NCBI GenBank assembly: GCA_038087875.1
Contig: CM075989.1
Coordinates: 3,286,001 to 3,350,000, forward strand
Origin: Malacoraja senta
Lineage: Eukaryota
Direction: 5' to 3'
DNA: 64,000 nucleotides
A program made the position numbers and the translations under genes. Below, in pieces: positions 32,871-44,400 of the stretch. The notes under the pieces are model-generated. The model searched no databases. It saw only the letters and a program-made list of their open reading frames with translations, and was not told the origin of the DNA. The first letter of the stretch is position 1. The number at the start of each line of letters is the position of its first letter.

Positions 32871-35863
32871 TTCCTCTGGGCAAAGCCAACTTGAAATGTG
32901 TACTGAAGAAAACAACTAGGGAATTGACTTTCCATGTGCTGGACTTTAATTCGGTTACCCTGCTTGGCAATCGTGCCTGTCAGGAACTAGGGCTGATTTC
33001 CTTTGATAAAACTGTCCACAAACTGCAAGTTTCCTTTGATCCACTGAATGACTTCCCTGGTCTTTTCGACAACAACCTAGGCAAGTTGCCTGTGTCCTAC
33101 AAGATTACTATCGACCCCGATGTGACACCCGTTGTCCGAAACCCACACAGATTGTCATTTGCCATGACTGACAGGGTTCACTCTATGCTGAAGGACATGG
33201 TCTCCAAAGGCGTAATTGAAGCAGTCAGTGACCCCACCGACTGGGTCTCAACCATGATTGCCACAGTCAAGAAGGGAAAGGATGAAATCCGCCTGTGCAT
33301 TAATCCAAAAGACCTGAACACTGCCATTAAGCGCCCGCACCATCCCATGAAGACAGTAGAGGATGTTGCAGCAAAGATCGGAACGGCCACCCTATTTTCC
33401 GTCCTAGATGCAAAGAACTCATTCTGGCAGATACCGCTGGAAAAGAGGTCATCAAACCTCACCACATTTGCCACCCCATTTGGGAGATATAAGTTTCTGA
33501 GAATGCCATTCGGGATCAACTCTGCCAGCGAAGTCTTCCAAAGAACTATGGAACAATTATTCGAGGGTCTGCCTTGTGCCATTATTGTCGATGATATTCT
33601 TGTCTATGGCAAGGACGCGGTGGAACATGACCACAATCTCAGGCTCATCTTGGAGCGTGCTGTCAAGATCAACCTCAAGCTCAATCCTGACAAGTGCAAG
33701 TTCAGGGTTCCAGTGGTCTCCTATGTCGGCCACATCTTCACCCCTGACGGCCTCAAACCGGATCCGAAGAAGACTTCTGCCATCACAGAAATGCCTGCAC
33801 CCACTAACGTGAAAGGCCTGCAACGTTTCCTGGGCATGGTAAACTATCTCGGAAAGTTCATACCCAACCTCAGCGAATTAAGCTCCACATTGCGGCAGCT
33901 GACAAAAAAGGACACTGCGTGGTCATGGTTCCAGCAACATCAGGATGCCTTCGATGTTCTGAAATCAAAACTGACCAGTGCACCGACCCTGACTTTTTTC
34001 GACCTGAAACGTCCGGTGGTGATCACCTGCGATGCCTCGAAATTCGGGCTCGGCGCAGCCTGCCTGCAACCGTCTGATGATGGTACCCTACTACCCGTCG
34101 CGTATGCCTCTCGCACCATGACCGACACGGAGCAGCACTACGCGCAAATCGAAAAGGAACTGCTGGCGGTCGTCTTTGCCTGCTCCAAATTCCACGACTT
34201 CGTCTTTGGCAACACGTTCATGGTTGAGACGGACCACCAGCCACTGGTGACAATCTTGAACAAGCCTATCCATGCCGCCCCAGCTCGTTTGCAGCGCATG
34301 ATGATGCAGCTGCAGCGGTACGACTTCTCTATTACCTACACAAAGGGCAAGGACATGCATGTTGCTGACACACTCTCTCGTGCCCCTCGAACATCTTGCG
34401 AACAACACCCACACGAACAGGAGAATTTCACTGTTCTCGGTGTCGGTCTAATCTCCAGCAAGCAGCTGCGCACCCTGGCCGCGCACACTGCCAAGGATGA
34501 TACGCTTCAAGCCCTCTCGTCCATCATCAAAACAGGCTGGCCAGGCAAACATTCCAACACGCCCACAGAGGTGCAGCCGTACTTCTTGGTCCGCGATGAA
34601 CTGGTGGTTCAGGATGGTGTGGTCGTCAAGGGCCACAAGGTAGTTGTACCTGCATCGCTACAAGACGAATACTTCAAAGAGGTACACAGCGGTCACCCAG
34701 GAGCCGACTCCACACTGGCACGCGCCCGGGATCTGTTCTACTGGCCCGGAATGGCCACGTACATCCGGGACCGCGTAGCCTCCTGCCCCACTTGCAACAA
34801 TCTTGCACCTCATCAGCAGCGGCAACCCCTTCTGCAACAACCTCCACCAGCACTGTCATGGTTGTCGCTGGCTGTGGACATTTTCGAATGGTGCGGTAAG
34901 CACTACCTCGTTCTGGTCGACTCGTACTCCAACTGGTTTGAACTTGACCAACTTACCTCCCTCACGTCGGTGATGGTCATCAGGAAGCTGAAAAGACATT
35001 TCTCAGACCATGGGATTCCTGTTATTCTGAGAACCGACAATGGTCCACAGTTCACCAGCCACTCGTTCAAGCTTTTCGCCGACCGATGGAACTTCCAGCA
35101 CGTCACAAGCAGTCCCGAGTATCCACAGAGTAATGGACTCGCTGAACGCGCTGTCAGGAGCGCCAAGCACTTGCTGGAGGGAGCGCGCATTTCAAAGTCT
35201 GACGTCTATCTCGATCTACTGAATCTCAGAAACATTGCAAGAGACGGAATCTTGGGGTCACCAGCACAGCGGCTGCTGTCGAGGGTGACGAGGTCTCCGG
35301 TCCCCATCGCACAACAGCAGCTGGTTCCTCGGGTGTTGAAGCCCGCCACTATCCAAGAGAAGCACGACACCCAGAAACGGTCATACGACAGCTCCAGCAG
35401 ACCACTCCAGCCTCTACTGCCGGGCCAGGTCGTCCGTCTACGAACTCCAACTGGTCATTCTCGTCTGGGCGTTGTTGTGCGCCCGACTGATGAGCCGCGA
35501 TCGTACCTTGTGGACTGTGAGGGAGCGGTTTACCGGAGAAGTCGTCAACACCTGCTTGCTGTGAAGGAGCCCCGACCGCCGCCTGCCGATCCCTATGCTC
35601 CGCCGCTCCAGTTCCAGCCGCCTTCCGCAATGTCTCCCGCCCGTCCCCGCATGCCTGGCACTCCCCCACGTCCATCTGTCTCCACTAACCACGGGGTTTC
35701 ACCCACCGCATGTTTCCCCCCTCGGTCACCACAATCCTCTCCCGTGCGGTTTTCACCTTCAGCCTCTCCGCCTCACCCTTCAGTTGAGGGAGGGGATGGT
35801 TGGGTCCGCATGCGTTCGGGCCGTGTTAGTGGACCACCAGACAGGCATGGCGAGTATGTTTAA
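32780..35863 (+). CDS. pol: Gypsy Pol: protease, reverse transcriptase, RNase H, integrase
   Basis: KLDTGA protease motif just upstream in the same frame (32750-32767); RMPFG and IVDDILV RT; DASKFGLGA and ETDHQPL RNase H; H..H..C..C, TDNGPQF and NGLAER integrase; 1027 aa uninterrupted. Confidence 0.95.
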   Translation: MSINLFNRIRANEPLVKDASTLHAFGGEVLVPLGKANLKCVLKKTTRELTFHVLDFNSVTLLGNRACQELGLISFDKTVHKLQVSFDPLNDFPGLFDNNLGKLPVSYKITIDPDVTPVVRNPHRLSFAMTDRVHSMLKDMVSKGVIEAVSDPTDWVSTMIATVKKGKDEIRLCINPKDLNTAIKRPHHPMKTVEDVAAKIGTATLFSVLDAKNSFWQIPLEKRSSNLTTFATPFGRYKFLRMPFGINSASEVFQRTMEQLFEGLPCAIIVDDILVYGKDAVEHDHNLRLILERAVKINLKLNPDKCKFRVPVVSYVGHIFTPDGLKPDPKKTSAITEMPAPTNVKGLQRFLGMVNYLGKFIPNLSELSSTLRQLTKKDTAWSWFQQHQDAFDVLKSKLTSAPTLTFFDLKRPVVITCDASKFGLGAACLQPSDDGTLLPVAYASRTMTDTEQHYAQIEKELLAVVFACSKFHDFVFGNTFMVETDHQPLVTILNKPIHAAPARLQRMMMQLQRYDFSITYTKGKDMHVADTLSRAPRTSCEQHPHEQENFTVLGVGLISSKQLRTLAAHTAKDDTLQALSSIIKTGWPGKHSNTPTEVQPYFLVRDELVVQDGVVVKGHKVVVPASLQDEYFKEVHSGHPGADSTLARARDLFYWPGMATYIRDRVASCPTCNNLAPHQQRQPLLQQPPPALSWLSLAVDIFEWCGKHYLVLVDSYSNWFELDQLTSLTSVMVIRKLKRHFSDHGIPVILRTDNGPQFTSHSFKLFADRWNFQHVTSSPEYPQSNGLAERAVRSAKHLLEGARISKSDVYLDLLNLRNIARDGILGSPAQRLLSRVTRSPVPIAQQQLVPRVLKPATIQEKHDTQKRSYDSSSRPLQPLLPGQVVRLRTPTGHSRLGVVVRPTDEPRSYLVDCEGAVYRRSRQHLLAVKEPRPPPADPYAPPLQFQPPSAMSPARPRMPGTPPRPSVSTNHGVSPTACFPPRSPQSSPVRFSPSASPPHPSVEGGDGWVRMRSGRVSGPPDRHGEYV

Positions 35864-35879
35864 TATTCTTTTAATCTTT

Positions 35880-35890
35880 AGGGGGAAGGA
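35880..35890 (+). promoter_or_regulatory. Polypurine tract (plus-strand primer)
   Basis: AGGGGGAAGGA immediately before the TG start of the LTR. Confidence 0.85.
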
Positions 35891-36096
35891 TGTAGATTGA
35901 TGATGCATGTGAATCAATCACACTTAGCCAGCATCACTAACTCCGCCCCATTATAACATTTATACTAACGCCCATTCCCAGCACCGTTAGTTGAAGCAGC
36001 CAGGATGAACTGACAACACCTCGCTCTGTAATGCTGCCAAGTTAAAGTGCTGATTAAAGATGTGTGTAAATCTTATATGCTTTGAAGTGATATACA
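35891..36096 (+). repeat. 3' LTR (206 bp)
   Basis: Starts TGTA and ends TACA; follows the PPT; contains TTATAA and ATTAAA; ends exactly where duplicated host DNA resumes. Confidence 0.85.
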
Positions 36097-38441
36097 ATCA
36101 CCAATACACAAATTAAAGACAGAATTCGATCCAAAGACACAACAACAAAATCAGAAACACGATGTGAAGAGAGAGCAGCGGCAGCTAAACCGCGCCAGCG
36201 TCCACTCTCCCTTCCGACCACCATCTTGGACACAGACTAAAATAGACTCTACATACAAAAATCATCCCCCCACAATGGTTACCACTCTGGGGGAAGGCAC
36301 AATGTAGTTCCAGAAAAAACAATCCAGGTTTGTCTATTATCTATCTCAGGTCCCTTGACTATTATTCATTCCTCAATCACTAAAATGGACTACACAATCA
36401 ATCCAAGTGTGGGTAAAGAGAAAATACCAGAGTGCAGAATATAGTTTCTCAGCATTGTAGCTAAACATTATAGTTCCAGAGAAAAAGTTAATTGGCCACA
36501 ATGTCGAATGTCATGTGAGTTATGTCACTAAACAGAGGATATTGCAGGTTGGGTCCCCTCTTCAGACAGATCGAGCATCCCGACCCACAACATTATCTGT
36601 CCTCGTCCCAGTACAGATGCTGCTTGACCCACTGAGTTCCTCCAGCACTTTGTTTTTTACTCAGGATTCCAGCATCGGCAGAATCAAAGAACTGCACATG
36701 CTGGTTGATACCAAAGGTAGACACAAAGTGATGGAGTAACTAAGCGGGTCAAGCGATATCTCTGGATAAAACCCAGTATCTCTGGATTATGGGTCAGGAC
36801 CCTTCGTCAGTCTGATGAATGGTCCCGACCTGAAACATCACCCATCCTTTTTCTCCAGAGATGCTACCGGACATGTTGAGTTACTCCAGCATCTGCAGTC
36901 TCTTGTTTCCTGTGTATGAAGGAACTGCAGATGCTGGTTTAAACCAAAGATCGACACAAAAAGCTGGAGTAACTCAGCAGGACAGGCAGCATCTCTGGAG
37001 AGAAGGAATTCCGTCTGTCCCGCTGAGTTTCGTGTCTGTCTCTTGTCTCTGTCCAATGTCACTTCATGGGTACATACCAAATAAATTTGACACCAGGCCA
37101 TGAAAGGAGTTATCTGGAGAAGTGCCAGATGGAGGAGTAATTAAGGAGAGCTCCAAAGCACCTTGAGAGGCAGGGGAGCGCAGGTGGGAACAAGAGCGGA
37201 ACTCGCTATCAAAACATGGAGGGGACGGGGGACACAATTTTTTGCCGGCTGCGCGCATATGCGCACACTCACACACAAGCGCGCGAGGTTTCGGAGGCTT
37301 AATCCAGCGCTAAATGCAGCTCAACGCTGCCTGTCTCATCGGGTTAACCTACAGCCCTGGCTGGACTGATGGGTCACCAGCGCTGCTTCTCCGCGCTGGC
37401 CATATTTCCCACAAGCCTAGGCAGGACAGGCAGAGTTGAGCTGGGTTTAGCGCTGTTTCTCTGCGCTGGCTGTGGGCCTGGGGGCACGGCTCCCGTCTGA
37501 CTCCCGACCTCTCTGGCCACCCGTGGGGGGGGGGCACTCGGGTGGGGACAGGACAGCGCCGGAGACCTGACCGGGATCAATCCTGCCTGCGGATGAGGCG
37601 CAAGTCTGTGCCACGTCTCCCTCCTCCAATCGCCGCGCTCTATCCTCAGTCGCACCCCACCCCCCCACTCCTCCCTCCTCCAATCATCGCGCCCTCGATC
37701 ATCAGTCCCACCCCCACTGTCTCGCGGGAAGCGGAGATTTTAAAATACGGATCACAAAAACTTGGGGGGGATGTCCCCCACCACTCAAAACATGGGGGGG
37801 ACATGTCCCCTCTGGCTCCCCCCCCCCCCCCCCGGGTTTTCCGCCCCAGGGTGGGAAACATGAGACCTGAGCAGCTGAAGCCTCAATGACTGTTCACAAG
37901 GGAGGTCAGGATAGCGGAGACAGGACGCGGTGCCAGAGACGGCTGTAGAGTGCAACTAAAGCACCGTGACCGCATTTCAAAACAAAGGACAGGAACGTGA
38001 ACATTCGAACCAGAAGCAAACACAAGAATTTGTGTAGGAAGGAACTGCAGATGCTGGTTTAAATCGAAGATAGACACAAAATGCTGCAGTAACTCAGCGG
38101 GACAGGCAGCAGCATCTCTGGAGAGAAGGAATGGGTGAAGATTTAGGTTGAGATGCTTCTTCAGACCAGAAGCAAGCACGAGAATGTTGGATAAGAAGAA
38201 TTGTGCAAATTAGGCTCATGTTTGCGATGTTTATAAAGGCTGCAGGGGATGGTGACTGAGAGAGTGCTGGTGTAGTGGAGGATAACAGCAACAAGGGTAC
38301 ATGGGTCAGTGTCCAACCTCACCCTGACTCAGCAATAACTCAACATCAAGTCTGACGCAGGGTCTCGACCCGAAACGTCGCCCATTCCTGCTCTGCACAG
38401 ATGCTGCCTGTCCCGCTGAGTTACTCGAGCATTTTGTGTCT
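36097..38441 (+). repeat. Direct duplication of host DNA, copy 2 (2345 bp)
   Basis: Matches 29403-31758 with scattered substitutions and small indels. Confidence 0.95.
37191..37849. mobile_element. Non-autonomous hAT element, copy 2 (duplicated passively)
   Basis: Same GGTGGGAA TSD (37183-90, 37850-57). Confidence 0.75.
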
Positions 38442-38939
38442 ATCTTCAGCATTAACAACACCTTACACGGACAATGGATCAAAGCATGAAGCGCAGGAGG
38501 AATTCAGCCGGTCAGGTAGCATCTGTGGAGGCAATGGATTGATTGATTGAAAGATACAGCCTGGAAACAGGGCCATCGGCCCAACATATCCACGGCAACC
38601 CATCAATGACCCATTTACAGGCTCTCGGAAGCCGAACGACCCGGCGGGGGGGGTGGGTGGTGCGGCAAAAACATAGAGGGACCCTGCAGGGGGTGCGGGG
38701 TGGGGGGAGGGAGCGCCTATTCCATGTGTAGAGGAAGGTCTGGTTCTCCATTGCGAGAAGATAAGACTGTACTAAGAACTTTTGAAGCATTGTTGGCGCC
38801 CGGAACATGGCGAATCCTTGTGTACTGCCTCGGTGAGGTCTGCTGTATAGTTTTACCAGGTTGCATGCAAAAACTGAGAATTTCACTGTACCTAAGTACA
38901 TGTGACAATAAAGTGTCATTGAATCATTGAATCACGTTG

Positions 38940-39180
38940 GTTCTATTTATCCCACTCTCTCAACCACTCCCTGCACACTAGGGGCAATTTACAGAGGGGC
39001 AATTAACCTGCAAACCCGCACATCTTTGGGATGTGGGAGGAAACCGGAGCACCCGGAGGAAACCCACGTGGTCAGAGGGGGAAGATGCAAACTCCACACG
39101 GACAGCACCCGAGGTCAGGATCGAACCCGGTACTCTGGCGCAGTGAGGCAGTAACTCTACCAGCTGCCCTGCTGTGCCAC
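38940..39180 (-). mobile_element. HE1-like SINE
   Basis: Reverse complement of head and core. Confidence 0.8.
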
Positions 39181-40202
39181 CCAGTGGATTATTCCACCAC
39201 ATTGATTGAAAGACTCAAGGGACAGACAACGATTTGGATCAGTCTGAATAAGGTTCCCAGCTCAAAGTTTTTTCTGTCCATTCTCTCCATAGACACTGCC
39301 TGACCCACAGGGTTCCTCCAGCACTTTGTGTTTTGTTCAAGATTCCAGCACCTGCAGTTCCTTGTGTCTTAATTATCCCTCAATCACTACTCTTTTTCAC
39401 CCCTTTAATCACCCCCTTGTCCTTCCCACTTTTACTGCTATCTGCACGAACCTGTTTACCCCATTCCTCAGTCTGATGAAGTGTCTCAGGCCCAAAGCGT
39501 TAACTGTCTCTCTTTCCGCAGATGCTGCCTGACCTGCTGAGCTTTTCCAGCATTGGCTGTGTTTATTGCAGGTTTTCAGTGCCTGCAGTACTTTTTTTAA
39601 CTTTCAAGGGCAGGCACAGAAGGCTGTGGAGGCCAAGTCAATGGATATTTTTAAGGCAGAGATCGATAGATTCTTGATTAGTGCGGGTGTCAGAGGTTAT
39701 GGGGAGAAGGTAGGAGAATGGGGTTAGGAGAGAGAGATAGATCAGCCATGATCGAATGGTGGAGTAGACTTGATGGACCAAATGGCCTAATTCTGCTCCT
39801 ATCTCATGACCTTATGAAAGCTCCATCAACAGAGGAGATGAGACTAGGGCGGAGATGGGTGAGATGAATGGTACGATTCACTGTCTTAACATCGTTGGCC
39901 AGTGTGACAACCTTCTGCGGTTTAGAATCAGAATTAAGTCTCATCACCAGGAGGTGTCCAAGATAGCAAATGCATGGTTGTGTGTGTCAGTATAGAAAAT
40001 AGGTGCAGGAGTTGGCAGTTCGGCCCTTTGAGCCAGCACCATCATTCAATATGATCATGACTGATCATCTAAACTCAGTTCCCTGTTCCTCCTTTTTCCC
40101 CGTATCCCTTGATTCCATTAGCCCCAAGACATAAATCTAACTCTCTCTTGAAAACTGAGGAGTGGAGACAGGGACAAGGACAGGTGTGATGATCAAGATT
40201 GG

Positions 40203-40515
40203 TTTAGTTTAATTTAGTTTAGAGATACCGCACGGACACAGGCCCTTCGGCCCACCGAGCCCGCACCGACCAGTGATCCCAACACATTAACACTATCCTG
40301 CACACACTAGGTACAATTTACAATCATACCAAGCCAATTAGCTTACAAACCTGTACGTCATTGGAGTGTGGGAGGAAACCATTGATCCTGGAGAAAGCCC
40401 ACACAGGTCATGGGGAGAATGTACCAACTCCTTACAGACAGCACCCGTAGTCAGGATCGAACCAGGGTCTCTGGTGCTGTGAGACAGAAACTCTACCATT
40501 GCGCCACCGTGCCAC
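40203..40515 (-). mobile_element. HE1-like SINE
   Basis: Full head, core, tail. Confidence 0.85.
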
Positions 40516-40804
40516 CCACCTTCCTCTAGTGAGAAAGAAAGACTTGCACTTATATCACATCTTGACGGCCTCAGGTCATCCCAAACTAATTCAGTCAGTG
40601 CAGTATTTCTTGAAGCACATTTGCTGTGACACTCATGGAACTGTAGTGGCCAATCATCCATAAACAACAGGGTGTTAATGAGGAGGTAACCAGTTTTTAC
40701 CAATGACTGAATAAGAGATAAGTCTTGGACTTCTCCAAGGATAAATCTTCTTGACGTCGGCAGAATACTAACATGCAGGGGCAGTTTGAGATACGAAGGA
40801 GGAG

Positions 40805-41690
40805 GTGTTGGTGCCATTTAGGGGCATTAAGGTGGATAAATCCCCTAGTGGGATCCATGCTGTTATTGAGAGAGGCAAGAGAGGAGCCTTGTCAAAGGTC
40901 TTTGCATCTTGTCTGGCTACAAATGAGGTCCCGAAGGACTGGAGAATAGCTAATGTTGTTCCCTTCTTTAAGGGAAGTGGAGAGAATCCAGGGAATGATG
41001 TCAGTGGTATGGAACCTAATGGAAAGGATTCTTCAGGATAGAATTTGCTCCCATTTGGGAGAGAATGGGTTGATTAGCGACAGTCAACATGGCTTTGTAT
41101 GCAGCAGGTTGTGTCTTGAGTGTTGAGTGTTCTTGAGGAGATGACAGAGGACATTGATGAAGGTAGGGTGGTGGATGCTGTCCACATGGATTTTAGGAAG
41201 GCATTTGATAAAGTTCCCCATGGGAGGCTGATCCAAAGGTTTAAGCTGTTGGGAATGAACAGTGACTTGGCCGTATGCATTTCAAACTGGTTTACTGGTA
41301 GAAGACAGAGGGTTGTGGTGAAACAGTATAGTTCAGGCTGGAGGTCTGTGACCAGTGGCGTCACGCGGGGGTCTCTGTGAAACCTCCATTGTTTGTCATA
41401 TAATTGTGATTTAGACATAAATGTAAATGGGTTGGTTATAAAGATGGCAGATGACACCAAGATTGCTGGAGTTACAGACCGTGAGGTAGTATACAATGGA
41501 ATATAAATCAGCGATAGAAATGGCCAGAGAAATGGTAGGTGGAGTTTAATCAGAACAAGTGTGAGGTATTGCACTTCAGGAGGTCGAAAATGAGGGAAAA
41601 TATGCAATTAATGGCAAGACCCTTAACAACGTTGATATCCAGAGGGATGTTGGGGTCCAAATCAATGTCTCTGATAGTGGCAACACGTAG
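40805..41690 (+). mobile_element. CR1 ORF2 RT fragment
   Basis: VPKDWRIANVVPFFK; VDAVHMDFRKAFDKVPHGRL; SVTSGV; KMADDTK. Confidence 0.9.
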
Positions 41691-42039
41691 CGGAGTGGTA
41701 AAGTGACGTCCAAAAACAAATAGCAATTGTCAGAAATATTTACCGGTAAATCACCCGAATTCAACATTGCCTCTCCCACCCTGGTACTCCACCTTCTTAT
41801 GCCGCCACCCCTATTGTAAATGGGTGTTTGACATCTAGTTTGCGTTTGGGAACAATTCACTCAAAACCGAGTGCAGCCTCATCTTCCCCAAAACAGAGAG
41901 ACAGGCCTCAAATTAGATTTCACCCTGCCCCTCGATCTGAAATACCGATCCTCACACCAAACTGTGTCCCAAAAAGATCATTAACTTGGTGTGCAACAGA
42001 GTTAACACAGGTTCCACCTCAAGACATGTATTGATTCAT

Positions 42040-42625
42040 GATCAATGTATATAAATGACTTGGACGTAAACATAGACGGGTTGGTTTGTGAGTTTGCAAT
42101 GCGACTTCGCGATTGCTGGGGTCGTGGGCTGTGAGGAAGGCTGGCAAAGTACACGGTGGGATGTAGATCCGCCACTGATGAGGGCGGGGAAATGACAGAT
42201 GCAGTTTAATCCGAGCTAGTGTGAGGTGTTGCACTTTGGGAGGTCAAATGTAGGGGGGGAAATATTGAATTAATGCAATGACCATTTACAGCATTGATGT
42301 ACAGGGGGATCTTGGGGTCCAAGCCCATAGCTCCCTGAGAATACCAACCCAAGTAGATAGAGTGGTAACAAAGGCATGTGGTATGCTGGCTTTCATAAGT
42401 TGGGGCATTGAGTATGTCAGGAATTCATGGTGCAGCATTTGAGGCCACATATGGAGTATTTGTGCAGTTCTGATTGCCCCATTACAGGAAGGATGTGGAG
42501 GCTTTGGAAAAGGTGCATAGGAACTTTACCAGAATGTTACCTGGATGAGGGTGAATTAGCTATAGGAAGAGGTTGGACAGACTTGGATTGTTTTCTCCGG
42601 ATCGCCAGAGGTTGCGGGGAGACCT
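42040..42625 (+). mobile_element. CR1 ORF2 fragment
   Basis: YINDLD...; LRPHMEY; degenerate. Confidence 0.75.
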
Positions 42626-43354
42626 CGAAACTGAACTAAACTAAGCTGGATCATTGAAGGGATTTAAGGAGGAAGCGGCAATATTTTTCAAAATTTGAAG
42701 AAATAGAAGGAAATTTGCAGCATTTGGAGAACATTTGGAGGGTTATAGAGTGGTAGAGAGATAGAGCAGGGAAACTGGCTCCTCAGTCACTGAGTGCTCA
42801 GATCCACCAAGCAGCCATCTTTAATTGAGGGTGATGAAGAACTAGCACAGAAGTGGAAACCAAATGTGTCGGAAGGAACTGCAGATGCTGATTTACACAG
42901 AAGATAGACCAAAAATGCTGGAGTAACTCTGCGGGTCAGACAGCATCTCTGGAGAAAGAAGGGTCTGGACCCAGAAAATCACCTATTCCTTTTTTCCAGA
43001 GATACTGCCTGACCCGCTGAATTTTGAGTCTATCTGCCACAGAGGAGGAGTTGAGGTACGACAGGCTGGCGGGGCCAAATGGCCAGTCCCTGTTTTCTTG
43101 TATTTATCTTTCTTGGGTCAAAAAACTGTACTGCAAGTTCACGGTCTTGAACACCACCTGCCCATTCCCTCCACAGATGCTGCCTGACCCGCTAACTTCA
43201 TCCAGCACTGTGTACGATGCTACCGTTGTCTGTCATGGGGACTGTGCCATCAAAGGCTGATGAATCTTTGTTTAGTTGAGTTTAGTTCATTGTCACGTGT
43301 ACCGAGGTACAGTGAAAGGCTTTTGTTGCGTGCTAACCAGTCAGCGGAAAGACA

Positions 43355-43842
43355 ATGGCGGGACTGTCATATGCTGAGAGAATGGAGTGGCTGGGCTTGT
43401 ACACTCTGGAGTTTAGAAGGATGAGAGGGGATCTTACTGAAACATGTAAGATTGTTAAGGGCTTGGACACGCTAGAGGCAGGAAACATGTTCCCGATGTT
43501 GAGGGAGTCCAGAACCAGGGGACACAGTTTAAGAATAAGGAGTAAGCCATTTAGAACGGTGACGAGGAAACACTTGTTCTCACAGAGAGTTGTGAGTCTG
43601 TGGAATTCTCTGCCTCAGAGGGCGGTGGAGGCAGGTTCTCTGGATACTTTCAAGAGAGAGCTAGATAGGGCTCTTAAAGATAGCAGAGTCAGGGGATATG
43701 GGGAGAAGGCAGGAACGAGGTACTGATTGTGGATGATCAGCCATGATCACATTGAATGGCGGTGCTGGCTCGAAGGGCCGAATGGCCTACTCCTGCACCT
43801 ATTGTCTATTATCTATTGTCTATTGTCTATTGTCTATTGTCT
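43355..43842 (+). mobile_element. CR1/HER1 3' end inserted in a Rex1-type tail
   Basis: ORF 43355..43726 GLYTLEFRRMRGDL..VVSLWNSLP; (tattgtc)n tail. Confidence 0.9.
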
Positions 43843-43844
43843 AA

Positions 43845-44400
43845 TACATGATTACAATCGAGGCGTCCACAGTGTATATATACATGATAAAGGGAATAAC
43901 ACGAGTAATGTTTAGTGCAAAATAAAGCCAGTAAAATCTGAACAAATATAGTGCGAGGGTCACCAATAAGGTAAATAGTAGCTCAGGACTGTTCTATAGT
44001 TGTTGGCAGAATGATTCAGTTGCTTAATAACAGCTGGGACGAAACTGTCCCTGAATCTGGAGGTGTGCGTTTTCACACTTCTGTACCTGTTGCCTGATGG
44101 GAGAGGGGAGAAGAGAGGGTGACCGGGTGAGACTCGTCCTTGAATATTCTGCTGGCCTTACCAAGGCAGCGTGAGGTGTAGATGGAGTCAATAGAAGGGA
44201 GGTTGCTTTGTGTGATGGTCTGGGCTGCGTCCACAATTCTATGCACTTGCTTGCGGTCTTGGATGGAGCTGTTCCCAAACCAAGCTGTGGTGCATCCCGA
44301 CAAAATGCTTTCCACGGCACATCTGTAGAAGTTGGTGAGAGTTGTTGGGGGCGTGACGAACTTCCTCCGGTTTCTAAGGAAGTAGAGGCGTTGTTGAGTG
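43845..44400 (-). mobile_element. Rex1/Babar-like LINE 3' fragment
   Basis: QQRLYFLR..LTNFYRCAVESILSGCTTAWFGNSSIQDRK. Confidence 0.85.

Larger units (their letters stand above)
31759..36096 (+). mobile_element. Ty3/Gypsy LTR retrotransposon lacking 5' LTR and PBS
   Basis: gag with CCHC knuckle; pol in PR-RT-RNaseH-IN order; PPT and a TG...CA 3' LTR. Confidence 0.95.
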
